Shown one piece after another: positions 1 to 8,765 of a stretch of 64,000 nt of DNA. The translations under genes and the position numbers were made by a program. The notes beneath the pieces were generated by a model. That model had not been told where the DNA came from and ran no database searches. It saw only the letters and a list, made by a program, of their open reading frames with translations. The stretch is taken from contig CBDCEW010000089.1 in NCBI GenBank assembly GCA_965215885.1, positions 14,621 to 78,620 of the forward strand, read 5' to 3'. This DNA comes from Candidatus Moanibacter sp. GTDB lineage: Bacteria; Verrucomicrobiota; Verrucomicrobiia; Opitutales; UBA2987. Position 1 is the stretch's first letter, and every line of letters begins with the position of its first letter.

Positions 1-961
1 CGAGCCGGCACGGACTTGAAGTTCGATCCATCGTGAAGGCGCGTTCAACTTTCGTTGCGATCGGATCAATGATCCCGGAATCGGCTCCGGCCTCCACAGC
101 CAGATTCAAGAAGGTGTCGTTGATGAGGCGCCTGCAAGGCAACCCGAAGGAGACGTTGCTGAACCCGCCGGTGATGTGAATATCCGGCCCGTAGCTTTCC
201 CGCAACCTGCGTATGGCGTTAAAGCAGTGGTTGCCAAATTCGCTATCGACGGAAATGGGAAAAACGAGCGGGTCGACGAAGATATACTCGATCGCGATAC
301 CCTTTCCCAGTGCCGCGTCCACCATCCTGGAGGCGTGGTCGACCCGCTCGTCATCGTTTTGTGGCATTCCTGATTCGCCCGCCGCGGTCACGATGACGCA
401 GGTATCAAAGGTTTTGGCCAGATCGAGAGCGTCGATCCGCTCGAGCGATGCCGAGTTCAGTAAATTCCTGCGGCCATTCCGACTGCAACTTTCCAGGCCT
501 TTCTGAATAATCTCTACATTCGAAGAGTCGATCGAAAGCGGGGTGTCAGACATGGACTGTACTGTCTGCACCAACCAGGCCATGGCCTCCTTCTGCTCTT
601 CGAGTTTCAGCGAAATCTCATCGACGTTGAGATCGAGAAAATCTGTCTTCGCTTCAACCTGCCGTTCCACCAATCGTCTGAGATAGGCGATACCGTCGCT
701 CGCATCCGGCTCGTTTCCGTCCATAGCCGCCTGAATGGCAATTTTGACGTGCTTGACTCGGCCCTCCTCATAGTCCTGGGTCCGCTTCGCCTGTTCAGGG
801 ATCGCCAGATATCGGGGTTCTGCTTTTGCGTCTACGAATCGCACGGACTCGTGCCCCTCCGGGCTGGTCATAACGAGTTTCCCCCGCCGCATGACGATTC
901 GCGTAGTATGAACGTTTTCACCAATTATGCTGAATCTACGAGTGTGATTGTCTTCTTTCAT
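1..961 (-). CDS. Pterin-binding methyltetrahydrofolate:corrinoid methyltransferase (AcsE/MetH pterin-domain-like), runs off the window edge
   Basis: Absent from the ORF track because it has no stop in the window. Both ends translated by hand in the same frame: ATG 961 MKEDNHTRRFSIIGENVHTTR... and ...HITGGFSNVSFGLPCRRLINDTFLNLAVEAGADSGIIDP. IIGE-N and G-x-SNVSFGLP are typical motifs. Confidence 0.85.
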   Translation of the reverse strand, partial: MKEDNHTRRFSIIGENVHTTRIVMRRGKLVMTSPEGHESVRFVDAKAEPRYLAIPEQAKRTQDYEEGRVKHVKIAIQAAMDGNEPDASDGIAYLRRLVERQVEAKTDFLDLNVDEISLKLEEQKEAMAWLVQTVQSMSDTPLSIDSSNVEIIQKGLESCSRNGRRNLLNSASLERIDALDLAKTFDTCVIVTAAGESGMPQNDDERVDHASRMVDAALGKGIAIEYIFVDPLVFPISVDSEFGNHCFNAIRRLRESYGPDIHITGGFSNVSFGLPCRRLINDTFLNLAVEAGADSGIIDPIATKVERAFTMDRTSSPCRL

Positions 962-979
962 TGCTTCTTTGTCTCTCTG

Positions 980-2623
980 TCAAATCACCAATGCCTCAGT
1001 AGAAGGCGCCAGTTCATTCGGCATGGGTTTGAACTGACAGGCTTCCACGAAAATCTCGAAAAAGTCCGGCGTCGTTTCCAATTCGATGTGCTCTATCTCT
1101 TTGACTAATGAGTCAATCGACTCACGGACAGACCGCGATAGCAGAGCTTCCCTCGCGCCCTGCAGGGCGGCATTACCAATTTTTGCGATACGGTCCTCCG
1201 GTATCGGCGCCAGAAAACCAATATCGATCGCATTCCCTACATTCACATAGTTGGCAAAACCGCCGGCCAGGTAGAGTTTGGTGACATCGCGCGGATTGAT
1301 ACCAAGACTGCGGAGGACGATAAATTGGCCACAATAATTGGCCGCCTTTGCCTGGGCCAGATTACTGGCGTCTTCCCGAGAAAATGTGATGCCGTGCTCC
1401 GGGACGATATCGAGTTCGTAGGCCTTATCGGCGAACATCCCCTTGGGTTGCATGCGCCCGTGTCGGCGGAGTTCGGCGAGAAGATCGATTAGACCAGATC
1501 CGCAGATGCCTTCCGGCTCTTTCTCTCCGATAGTCTCGTACTGGTAACCGCGTCCATTCCAGCGAATCGACTCGATGGCCCCTTCATAACCCGGCATACC
1601 GTACTTAATCAAACCACCTTCAAAGGCGGGGCCGGCGGGGCAAGAGGCGCATACGATTCGACCGCGGTGGCCGAGAACTACCTCCGTATTCGTCCCCACG
1701 TCCACAAGCATGACGACTTCGTCCTTATTCGCCATTTCAATGGCTACGAGGTCCGCCGCAACATCCGCGCCAACGTGACTGGCTACAAGGGGCAAACTGT
1801 AGACCTTAGCGTGAGGATTCACTCGAATCCCGAGTCGTCTCGCCCCCTGGGTAAGCGCAGTAGTATCTCTGACTCCCTCGCGATACTCGTGCTCGACAAT
1901 CGACTTATAGGGTTTCTGGCCGATACTCTGGACATCAATTTTGAAGAAAATGTCACGCATTGTTGAATTCGCGGCGATGACGATCTCATAAATCTCCTGA
2001 CGGGCGAATCCGCGTTGATTCGCAAGCTCCTGGATCTCGAAATTAATGCCGCTGATGATGGCTTTGCGGAGCTCCCCTGGATTTTCGCCGTCGTAACTGA
2101 TGCGGTGCATGATGTCGCTTCCGCCGAAACGCTGTGGATTCTCGAAGGAGCTGACGCAGAGAGTTTCGCCATTCTCCAAATCCACCAACGCCATCACGAC
2201 GGTGGTCGTTCCCACATCCACGGCGAGACCCAGGAGATGTCCCCGGTAACGATCGATTACCTCGTCTCCGTAGTAAACCTTCTCTCCCCGCCGTCTAACC
2301 TGGGGCTCTATCTTAAGCGGATTCTCCAGTGAGAGAGAGAGGATCTTCGGTGTGCGCCGCAGCGGAGTGAATTCTATGTCCGCGGAATCGTCTTCAACGA
2401 CCGCTTGACAGGCCAGACGATAGTTCTCCTTGAGAAACGACTCCTCTTTCGTGAGAGGCCCTAAAGCCTCCATACCCTTCTTTATCTCCACAACACATTC
2501 GTGACAGTTTCCCGTTCGCCCGCACGAGGTGGGTACCTGTACTGCCAGTTCGTCGGCGTAATCAAAAACCGACTTTCCGGTCTTCAGGCTGCGTACTTGC
2601 CCGTCGTGAGAGATTCTACCCAT
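980..2623 (-). CDS. Corrinoid reductive activator (RACo/RamA-like ASKHA ATPase with N-terminal 2Fe-2S domain)
   Basis: CGRTGNCHEC...RLACQ ferredoxin motif; DVGTTT, DVGTNTE, GPAFEG, GICGSG, LAGGF and IGNAAL motifs. Confidence 0.92.
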   Translation of the reverse strand: MGRISHDGQVRSLKTGKSVFDYADELAVQVPTSCGRTGNCHECVVEIKKGMEALGPLTKEESFLKENYRLACQAVVEDDSADIEFTPLRRTPKILSLSLENPLKIEPQVRRRGEKVYYGDEVIDRYRGHLLGLAVDVGTTTVVMALVDLENGETLCVSSFENPQRFGGSDIMHRISYDGENPGELRKAIISGINFEIQELANQRGFARQEIYEIVIAANSTMRDIFFKIDVQSIGQKPYKSIVEHEYREGVRDTTALTQGARRLGIRVNPHAKVYSLPLVASHVGADVAADLVAIEMANKDEVVMLVDVGTNTEVVLGHRGRIVCASCPAGPAFEGGLIKYGMPGYEGAIESIRWNGRGYQYETIGEKEPEGICGSGLIDLLAELRRHGRMQPKGMFADKAYELDIVPEHGITFSREDASNLAQAKAANYCGQFIVLRSLGINPRDVTKLYLAGGFANYVNVGNAIDIGFLAPIPEDRIAKIGNAALQGAREALLSRSVRESIDSLVKEIEHIELETTPDFFEIFVEACQFKPMPNELAPSTEALVI

Positions 2624-2668
2624 GGCGCCGCTTTGCCCAATGGAAGGTACCTATTAAGCGCATTTTGA

Positions 2669-2865
2669 GGCTCCCCCGGCCTTGCGCCGGGGTGGCGCCC
2701 GGTTTGCAGCTACAAGATGTGACTGGGACAGCCGCCCCGCTCCGGGCATTTCTTCCCCAAGCCACCGGAAAGGCTTGGGGAAGAAATGCCCGGAGCGGGG
2801 GGTCGTTGGGGCACGTGTTCTGTAGAACGGAACCAACGCCACCCCGGCGCAAGGCCGGGGGAGCC
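2669..2865. repeat. Nested palindromic element A (REPIN-like)
   Basis: Perfect 29 bp outer inverted repeat (2669-2697 / 2837-2865) enclosing a perfect 29 bp inner inverted repeat (2735-2763 / 2772-2800). Confidence 0.95.
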
Positions 2866-2998
2866 AACGACCGAAAGGATGACGCGAAACACGAACTACG
2901 GCAAAGCACAAAATTGCGCCTTCCTGTGTTATGGATTTTATGAAACACGGCACTATATCCGCGCGAATCACACTTGCGAATTGAATCGCCTCGTACGA

Positions 2999-3253
2999 TC
3001 AGCCCTGCTCCGGTTCCTTCTCCCAGGCGCTGCAGTAATCGACATCGTCACCGGCGCTGCACAGGAGTAGCTTTCCCTCCTCATCGGGCGCTCGTTGAAA
3101 GTGGCAGGAGAATTTCGCGGTGCATTCATTCAAGCGATTCTTGTAGGGGCAACGCCGTGTAGAAATTGCGTCGGCGTGGATGACCATACCGGTAAACAGT
3201 TCCGTTAGGGTGTCGAGCCGTCGCTCGTAGTCCTCCTGTTTAATTTTTTTCAT
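2999..3253 (-). CDS. Small Cys-rich hypothetical protein (84 aa)
   Basis: ATGA overlap with the corrinoid gene stop; five Cys including CPYK-x5-C-x5-C. Confidence 0.8.
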   Translation of the reverse strand: MKKIKQEDYERRLDTLTELFTGMVIHADAISTRRCPYKNRLNECTAKFSCHFQRAPDEEGKLLLCSAGDDVDYCSAWEKEPEQG

Positions 3254-4017
3254 TTAGCGCCAGCTTCGACTTTGTACTCTACCATGAGACGCTTTGCCAG
3301 TTCTACACAGGCCAGTGCGTCCTTACCGTAGCCATCGGCGCCCATGTCATCGGCAAATTCCTGTGTAACGGGCGCTCCCCCCACCATGATCTTAACGTCG
3401 TCTCGAAGATCGGCATCGATAAAGGCATCGATTGTCTTTCCCATATTCGGCATGGTCGTGGTGAGCAGAGCCGACATGCCCAGGAGGGGCGCCTTGTGCT
3501 CCTCCACTGCTTCGATAAATTCGTCCGGCGAAGTGTCCACGTTCAAATCATGCACAATGAATCCTGAGCCGCGCAGCATCATGATACAGAGATTCTTCCC
3601 GATATCGTGCAAATCACCTTTCACCGTGCCCATGACGACGGTCCCAGCGGGTTCGACACCGGAAGCAGACAGGATCGGTTCGATATAGGCCATCCCGGCC
3701 TTCATTGCCCTTGCGCAGGCCAGGACCTCCGGCACATAGATAAAATTGTCACGAAACTTGATGCCCACAACGCCCATTCCGGCGATGAGACCGTCGTCCA
3801 TGATCTCGAGTGCCTCGATGCCGTCATCCAGCGCCGCTTTGGTCAGTTTATCGACCGTGTTGTTGTCGCCGTCGATAAGCGCTGCGGAAATATCCTGCAT
3901 TCCCGGACGGGCCTTCGCGAATGTGTTTACGGTGCGTTCAATTTCCTCGGGGCGCTCAATGAACTCTTCGATCTCGTCACGGATAAATTCGTTTGCGATA
4001 TCTGCAATTTCCGGCAT
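3250..4017 (-). CDS. Methyltransferase cognate corrinoid (B12-binding) protein
   Basis: GDLHDIGKNL (DxHxxG), SALLTTTM and MVGGAPVT motifs. Start placed at ATG 4017 after GAAGGA; the track ORF starts at 4080. Confidence 0.95.
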   Translation of the reverse strand: MPEIADIANEFIRDEIEEFIERPEEIERTVNTFAKARPGMQDISAALIDGDNNTVDKLTKAALDDGIEALEIMDDGLIAGMGVVGIKFRDNFIYVPEVLACARAMKAGMAYIEPILSASGVEPAGTVVMGTVKGDLHDIGKNLCIMMLRGSGFIVHDLNVDTSPDEFIEAVEEHKAPLLGMSALLTTTMPNMGKTIDAFIDADLRDDVKIMVGGAPVTQEFADDMGADGYGKDALACVELAKRLMVEYKVEAGAK

Positions 4018-4055
4018 TTCGAATGCTCTTCCTTCTGGTTGGTCTTTGAGCCGCC

Positions 4056-5099
4056 TCAAGCGGCGTGATCCCGGTGCCAATCACGCACCGCATTTGGAAT
4101 TTCCTTCAAGTTTTCGATGGAAGTCTGAAGAGGAATCGCGCATTCCGGCCCGACCAACTGCACTCCGGCATCAAGATTCTTACACACTTCTTGCCGAACC
4201 ACATCAGGCCCTTTCGAAAACAGAGTCTCAGGATTGTTAATGTTTCCCACTAGCGAAATTCGTTTTTTTATCGCTTCCATCGACTCGTCCGGTTCATTTT
4301 TGGAATCGAAATGAAAGGCGGCCATCCCCGTCTGTGCGATGTAGTCCATCCTGTCCACGGTACGTCCGCAGATGTGCAGGATCAGGGGAATGGGAATCCT
4401 TTCCACAAATTCGATGTGGAGATCCTTTAGAAATCGTTCGTAGTATTCGCCGCTTACAAGATCCCCTGTGGCGTGGTCCGGCACAGTGAGGGCGTCGGCG
4501 CCCGCTTCAATCTGGGCTACTCCGAATTGCACGGTAGCCTCTTTCATTTTGTCCAGACAAAGCTTAGTCTTTTCCGGGTCGTCAAGGGACAAGAGCAGGA
4601 ATGGTTCCACGCCGAAGCAGTGATAGCCCAGCGACCACGGCCCCATGGTTTTTCCGATAATCGCGACTTCGTCGCCATACTCCTTCTTCAGGATCCGGAT
4701 CGCATCCAGAACACACTTCGTATCCGGGTGTGTCAGAAAATCCGCTGGGATCTTGATGTCTTCCGGCTCCTCCCAAATCGGCTCGCGCATCTTTACCGTC
4801 GGCCAGTTATCCTTCTGTTCCCATTGGATCTTACAGCCAAGCGCCGAGGAATCCTGGATGATGGTATAGACCGGCATGATGCTGTCAAAGCCCAGCTCCG
4901 TGTAACCGGTTGCTGCCAGCCTGGCCATCTTTTCGGGGTCGCGATTCGCTTCCGGAAAGTGAGCATCCACCAGATCCATCAGCTCTACAGTTGCGATTGA
5001 AGTTGGATTGCAGCACGGTGTCCTGTCTACAGGCTCCCCTCGCAGTGCGGCCAAGACGCGGTCACGACCCTTCATTGGTGCTACTTTTTCAGTTTCCAT
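4056..5099 (-). CDS. MtaA/CmuA-family methyltransferase (uroporphyrinogen decarboxylase fold)
   Basis: ILHICG (H-x-C Zn motif), LVGNIN and GPECAIP motifs; adjacent to the corrinoid protein. Confidence 0.9.
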   Translation of the reverse strand: METEKVAPMKGRDRVLAALRGEPVDRTPCCNPTSIATVELMDLVDAHFPEANRDPEKMARLAATGYTELGFDSIMPVYTIIQDSSALGCKIQWEQKDNWPTVKMREPIWEEPEDIKIPADFLTHPDTKCVLDAIRILKKEYGDEVAIIGKTMGPWSLGYHCFGVEPFLLLSLDDPEKTKLCLDKMKEATVQFGVAQIEAGADALTVPDHATGDLVSGEYYERFLKDLHIEFVERIPIPLILHICGRTVDRMDYIAQTGMAAFHFDSKNEPDESMEAIKKRISLVGNINNPETLFSKGPDVVRQEVCKNLDAGVQLVGPECAIPLQTSIENLKEIPNAVRDWHRDHAA

Positions 5100-5120
5100 G
5101 GCTATTCTCCGTCCCTTTCT

Positions 5121-5750
5121 CTATTTCTGTTGACTTGGCGCTGCCAGCATACCGCGCGACGCCGCTGCCTCCTGCTCCCGTAAAACCGCACGAACATTGG
5201 GCGCCCGAACGAGCAAAAGACCGACCAGCGCATCGTGACTGTGACCGCAAGTGAAGGCCACCTGATCGATTTTCCTGTCCTCCATCTCCCCGAGTTTAAT
5301 CAGCCCTCCCGCTATCAATTCGATGCGTTTGTCCACTCTTTCGCCTTCGCCTTCCGCTCTCACGTCGTAAACACCTTCTCCCAGGCTTGTCACGATGACG
5401 TTGCACCCGGCCTTTTTGTCAAATATCTGCATGGGACGCGCTTTCGCGCCTTCGCTCGGGTCTATTTTGCACGCCTCAACAAAAAGCCGCTTTATCGGTA
5501 CTTCGTGAGCCTCCCCACAGGGAAATCGTAATAGTCCATCGTCTGTCGCCTCCAGTCCGCCCAATTTCTGCATCGCCTCTTTTGCGAATTCTAGGCGCTT
5601 CTGGACTCCTTCCAGGGAACTGTATGTGTGGACTAAATAGACTGGACCTTCGTTTCCCTCCTGCTGGTAGAGCGCAATCGAGATATCGCGATAATGCGGG
5701 TCCATTGAAACCAGCTCAATACGCCGCCCAATTTCCAATGTCTCTCTCAA
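5121..5750 (-). CDS. Hypothetical protein with duplicated FxCGxxH module
   Basis: First gene of the operon; GGAG RBS upstream; internal repeat visible in the translation. Confidence 0.8.
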   Translation of the reverse strand: MRETLEIGRRIELVSMDPHYRDISIALYQQEGNEGPVYLVHTYSSLEGVQKRLEFAKEAMQKLGGLEATDDGLLRFPCGEAHEVPIKRLFVEACKIDPSEGAKARPMQIFDKKAGCNVIVTSLGEGVYDVRAEGEGERVDKRIELIAGGLIKLGEMEDRKIDQVAFTCGHSHDALVGLLLVRAPNVRAVLREQEAAASRGMLAAPSQQK

Positions 5751-5821
5751 TGTCTCCCTATCCTTCTCTTCTTTGCCCTTGCTTTTGTATCCGAATCTTA
5801 CAGTCTCGCCCGATTATGCTG

Positions 5822-5834
5822 ATGGTCAGACCAT
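5822..5834. promoter_or_regulatory. Putative FadR/GntR operator ATGGTCAGACCAT
   Basis: Palindrome of the TGGT-N3-ACCA type between the operon and the divergent FadR-family gene. Confidence 0.7.
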
Positions 5835-5967
5835 TGACATATTGCATTTAGGACCGTGTGCGAACCGTTGTAAAGTGAAAAGTATCGCGAAATTCAGAAA
5901 AGAGCAACGAGACAGACCGGGCGCCTCTCCCAGGAGGGGATATACTCTGATGGTCTTACGAGCGATA

Positions 5968-5999
5968 GTTCCCCTCCTCCGGAGGGGTTAGGGGTGGGT
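5968..5999. repeat. Dispersed palindromic repeat (CCCCTCC..GGAGGGG type)
   Basis: 30/32 identical to the reverse complement of 27913-27944. Confidence 0.85.
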
Positions 6000-6025
6000 T
6001 TACTGATCTTCTACCACGAAGTAAA

Positions 6026-6778
6026 GTGCCAGCCGAAGAAAAAACGACTACAGATCGAGCGATTGACGGCATCCAGCCCATTTCACGCACATCGCTGAGT
6101 GGAGAGATTGTCGAGCAGATCATTGATCTGATATCACGCGAGGTACTGGTGCCCGGAGAGCGACTGCCGGCGGAGCGAGAACTGTGCAAGATGTTTGGAG
6201 TGGGGCGCACGTCGCTTCGGGAGGCTCTGCGCTCGCTTACAGTGATGGGCATCTTGGACGGTCAAGTGGGTAAGGGCACCTACGTTTGCAGCAACAGTAA
6301 TTACCTCGAAAATACCCTCCGATGGGGCTTGCTGCTCGATCAGAAGACGGTGGAGGATCTGATCGAGACCAGAATGATGCTGGAGTGCGAGACCGCATCC
6401 CTGGCGGCGCAACGCGCAAAAGCCGAGGATCTTGGGAAAATCCAGGAGTCCCTGGAAGAGATGAGCGAATCGATTGAGTCGCCAGAGGAATTTCTCGAGG
6501 CCGACCTCAAATTCCATCTTTTGATTGCACAAGCCACGCAGAATTCGCTTCTCGACAGCCTCCTGCGTATGACGCGTTCCTATCTGCACGAGTGGATAAA
6601 GGGCAGCCTGGCGGAACCGACCGCCGACGAGGTAGCGAAGCGTGCCAGACTATCCCACAAGCAGCACGAGGAGATCCTCGAGACCCTGAGAAAGGGTATG
6701 CCTGACGAAGCGAGAAAGGCGATGGGTCGTCATATCCTTTCCAGTAGCGTGGACCTGCGGAAACATATCGCCACTTGA
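6026..6778 (+). CDS. FadR/GntR-family transcriptional regulator
   Basis: PGERLPAERELCKMFGVGRTSLREAL winged HTH; FCD domain (DLKFH, N). Confidence 0.95.
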   Translation: MPAEEKTTTDRAIDGIQPISRTSLSGEIVEQIIDLISREVLVPGERLPAERELCKMFGVGRTSLREALRSLTVMGILDGQVGKGTYVCSNSNYLENTLRWGLLLDQKTVEDLIETRMMLECETASLAAQRAKAEDLGKIQESLEEMSESIESPEEFLEADLKFHLLIAQATQNSLLDSLLRMTRSYLHEWIKGSLAEPTADEVAKRARLSHKQHEEILETLRKGMPDEARKAMGRHILSSSVDLRKHIAT

Positions 6779-6812
6779 CAGACACAAATTCAGTTAGTAC
6801 TCAGTTAGTACT
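6775..6812 (+). promoter_or_regulatory. TA promoter/operator: TTGACA plus tandem TCAGTTAGTAC x2
   Basis: -35 hexamer at 6775-6780; 11 bp direct repeat at 6790-6811 directly before ATG 6813. Confidence 0.6.
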
Positions 6813-7055
6813 ATGAAACGAAAACTGTTGAAAGTCGGCAATAGTTTGGCCGTGACATTGCCGCAGGAGATTGTCAAGGAACTCAATCTCAAAGCAGGGC
6901 TGGAAGTTGATGCGACAATTGACCCTCGGACGGGCAGTTTCGTTGTTCGAGTCGGCGTGAAAGAGTTTGAGGGCGGAAAAGTGACCCGTCGTTTCAAACG
7001 AATGGTAGACGAGCTGATCCGAGAACGCCGGGAACTTTACGAACGGCTTTCCTGA
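6813..7055 (+). CDS. AbrB/MazE-family antitoxin
   Basis: KLLKVGNSLAVTLP motif; upstream of Doc. Confidence 0.9.
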   Translation: MKRKLLKVGNSLAVTLPQEIVKELNLKAGLEVDATIDPRTGSFVVRVGVKEFEGGKVTRRFKRMVDELIRERRELYERLS

Positions 7056-7075
7056 CGCACGTTTGAAAGCTGCGG

Positions 7076-7465
7076 ATGACCGAATACCTGAGCAAGAATC
7101 AGGTGCTGGTGCTACACACACTGATCCTAAAGGAGACGGGTGGGCAAACGGGACTCGGGGATGAAGGTCTCCTGGAATCCGCCTTGGGCAGGCCGCAAGC
7201 CTCTTTTGCCGGTCAGGACCTGTATCCTTCTCTCGCCGGAAAAGCGGCCGCGCTCATGCATTCCCTTGTCAGTAATCATCCGTTTGTGGATGGGAACAAA
7301 CGAGTTGCAGTGGCCTCTGCTGAACTGTTTTTGTTGATCAATGGCTACAGAGTCGAGGCCGACAATGTCGCGCTGGAAGAACTGACTCTGGCTTCGGCGC
7401 GAGCTGATATAGGACAAGAGCAGATCCGAATATGGTTCGATCAGCATATAGAAGCGTTGCAATGA
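7076..7465 (+). CDS. doc: Doc/Fic-family toxin
   Basis: HPFVDGNKR and LLESALGRP motifs. Confidence 0.92.
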   Translation: MTEYLSKNQVLVLHTLILKETGGQTGLGDEGLLESALGRPQASFAGQDLYPSLAGKAAALMHSLVSNHPFVDGNKRVAVASAELFLLINGYRVEADNVALEELTLASARADIGQEQIRIWFDQHIEALQ

Positions 7466-7742
7466 TACGGAAAGAATTAACAGGTATTCGGGCAATTGAC
7501 GGACCCGCCGAATCCTTTCGAGGTGAGTAGATCACGCGACCAGTATGGTTCAAATGTTGAGACGAAGTTAGAGTGTCGACAAAGATGACGACGAAGCTTA
7601 CGCCAAAGAGAGAAGGTCGTAGCCTCGTCGGTAATGCACTGGGGGGGGGACATCGAGCAGACCCGAACGACAAAGTCGTCCGGCTACGGGACTTGACACT
7701 CATTACTTACACCCTGTCCAGCCTCGCGGGATCCGTGGGATA

Positions 7743-8765
7743 TCACTCTCCCTCGAACCAAACGCCGAACCCGGGACGATTGTTGAGAGTGACCTCACCG
7801 TTTACGATATCGGGGGTTCCCTTTACCCATGTCATCCACGGGCGACCGGATTCAGCTAAGGGATCATCGTCCAGGGCGTTGATTGCGTGAAGCGACCAGG
7901 CCTCGGCCCCCCGGTGCGGACACACCTCGACTCCTGTGCCCTCGGCAAGCTTATAGATCTTCAACAGTTCCGTCATTCCTCCGCACCAGGACACATCGGG
8001 TTGAACGATTGCATGCAACCTGTCCCTGATGATCGGTTCGAAGGCCTTCGCCGTGTATTCGTGCTCACCGCCCGCTATCGGGATGGGGCATTCATCGCGT
8101 AATCGGGCATACCCTTCGAGTTCGTCCGGCGGGAGCGGTTCCTCGAGCCAGCGAAGATTATAGGGTGCCAATCGTTCCGCGATACGCAGGGTTGAATCGA
8201 CATCGAATTTCATGCCGGCATCACCCATCAGCTCGATCTTCGGTCCTAACGCTTCCCGAACACGTTTGATGTTGCCTACCAGATCGCCCAATCCCTTATC
8301 GGGAATAATCCCGACGTGAAACTTCAGGGCCCGAAATCCTGCCGACCCGCTCTCGATCACCTCTTCAGGCGTGAATCCAGTTTTGTAGGCGGGGATAGGA
8401 TTACCGATCGATCCACCTAACACTTCAGTGATCGATTTGCCTTCTCGCTTCCCGCGCAGATCCCAGAGGGCGAGGTCGACTCCACTGATCGCCATGATCG
8501 CGATTCCCTTTCGTCCAAAGGCCAGGGTCGTTCGATACATCTCCTCCCACAGCTCCTCGACATGGGATGCCTCCGCGCCTATCAGGACTCGACTGAGGAC
8601 AGTTTCGATGACATGAATCGCGGCTTTTCCGCCCCCGCCAATACCATATCCACTGAGACCTTCATCGGTGTCGACAATCACCTGAATCTGGCCCATCGAG
8701 CGCCGCCAGTCATCCGGGGCGCCCTCAGCTTCCTGTTGAACCGCACTTATGCTCTCTATTATCAA
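7743..8765 (-). CDS. Mandelate racemase/enolase-superfamily dehydratase
   Basis: AISGVDLALWDL, D/EEP/GE metal ligands, QPD, CPH. The TTG start abuts the RAYT terminal repeat. Confidence 0.9.
   Translation of the reverse strand: MIIESISAVQQEAEGAPDDWRRSMGQIQVIVDTDEGLSGYGIGGGGKAAIHVIETVLSRVLIGAEASHVEELWEEMYRTTLAFGRKGIAIMAISGVDLALWDLRGKREGKSITEVLGGSIGNPIPAYKTGFTPEEVIESGSAGFRALKFHVGIIPDKGLGDLVGNIKRVREALGPKIELMGDAGMKFDVDSTLRIAERLAPYNLRWLEEPLPPDELEGYARLRDECPIPIAGGEHEYTAKAFEPIIRDRLHAIVQPDVSWCGGMTELLKIYKLAEGTGVEVCPHRGAEAWSLHAINALDDDPLAESGRPWMTWVKGTPDIVNGEVTLNNRPGFGVWFEGE

Noticed and set aside
2616..3070. Overlapping short ORFs in several frames
   Set aside because: By-products of the GC-rich palindrome lacking stop codons; no protein-like motifs.
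5751..6025. Cobalamin riboswitch upstream of the B12-dependent operon
   Set aside because: No recognisable B12-box or GGGAA..GCCCCCGCAACTGT-type core.
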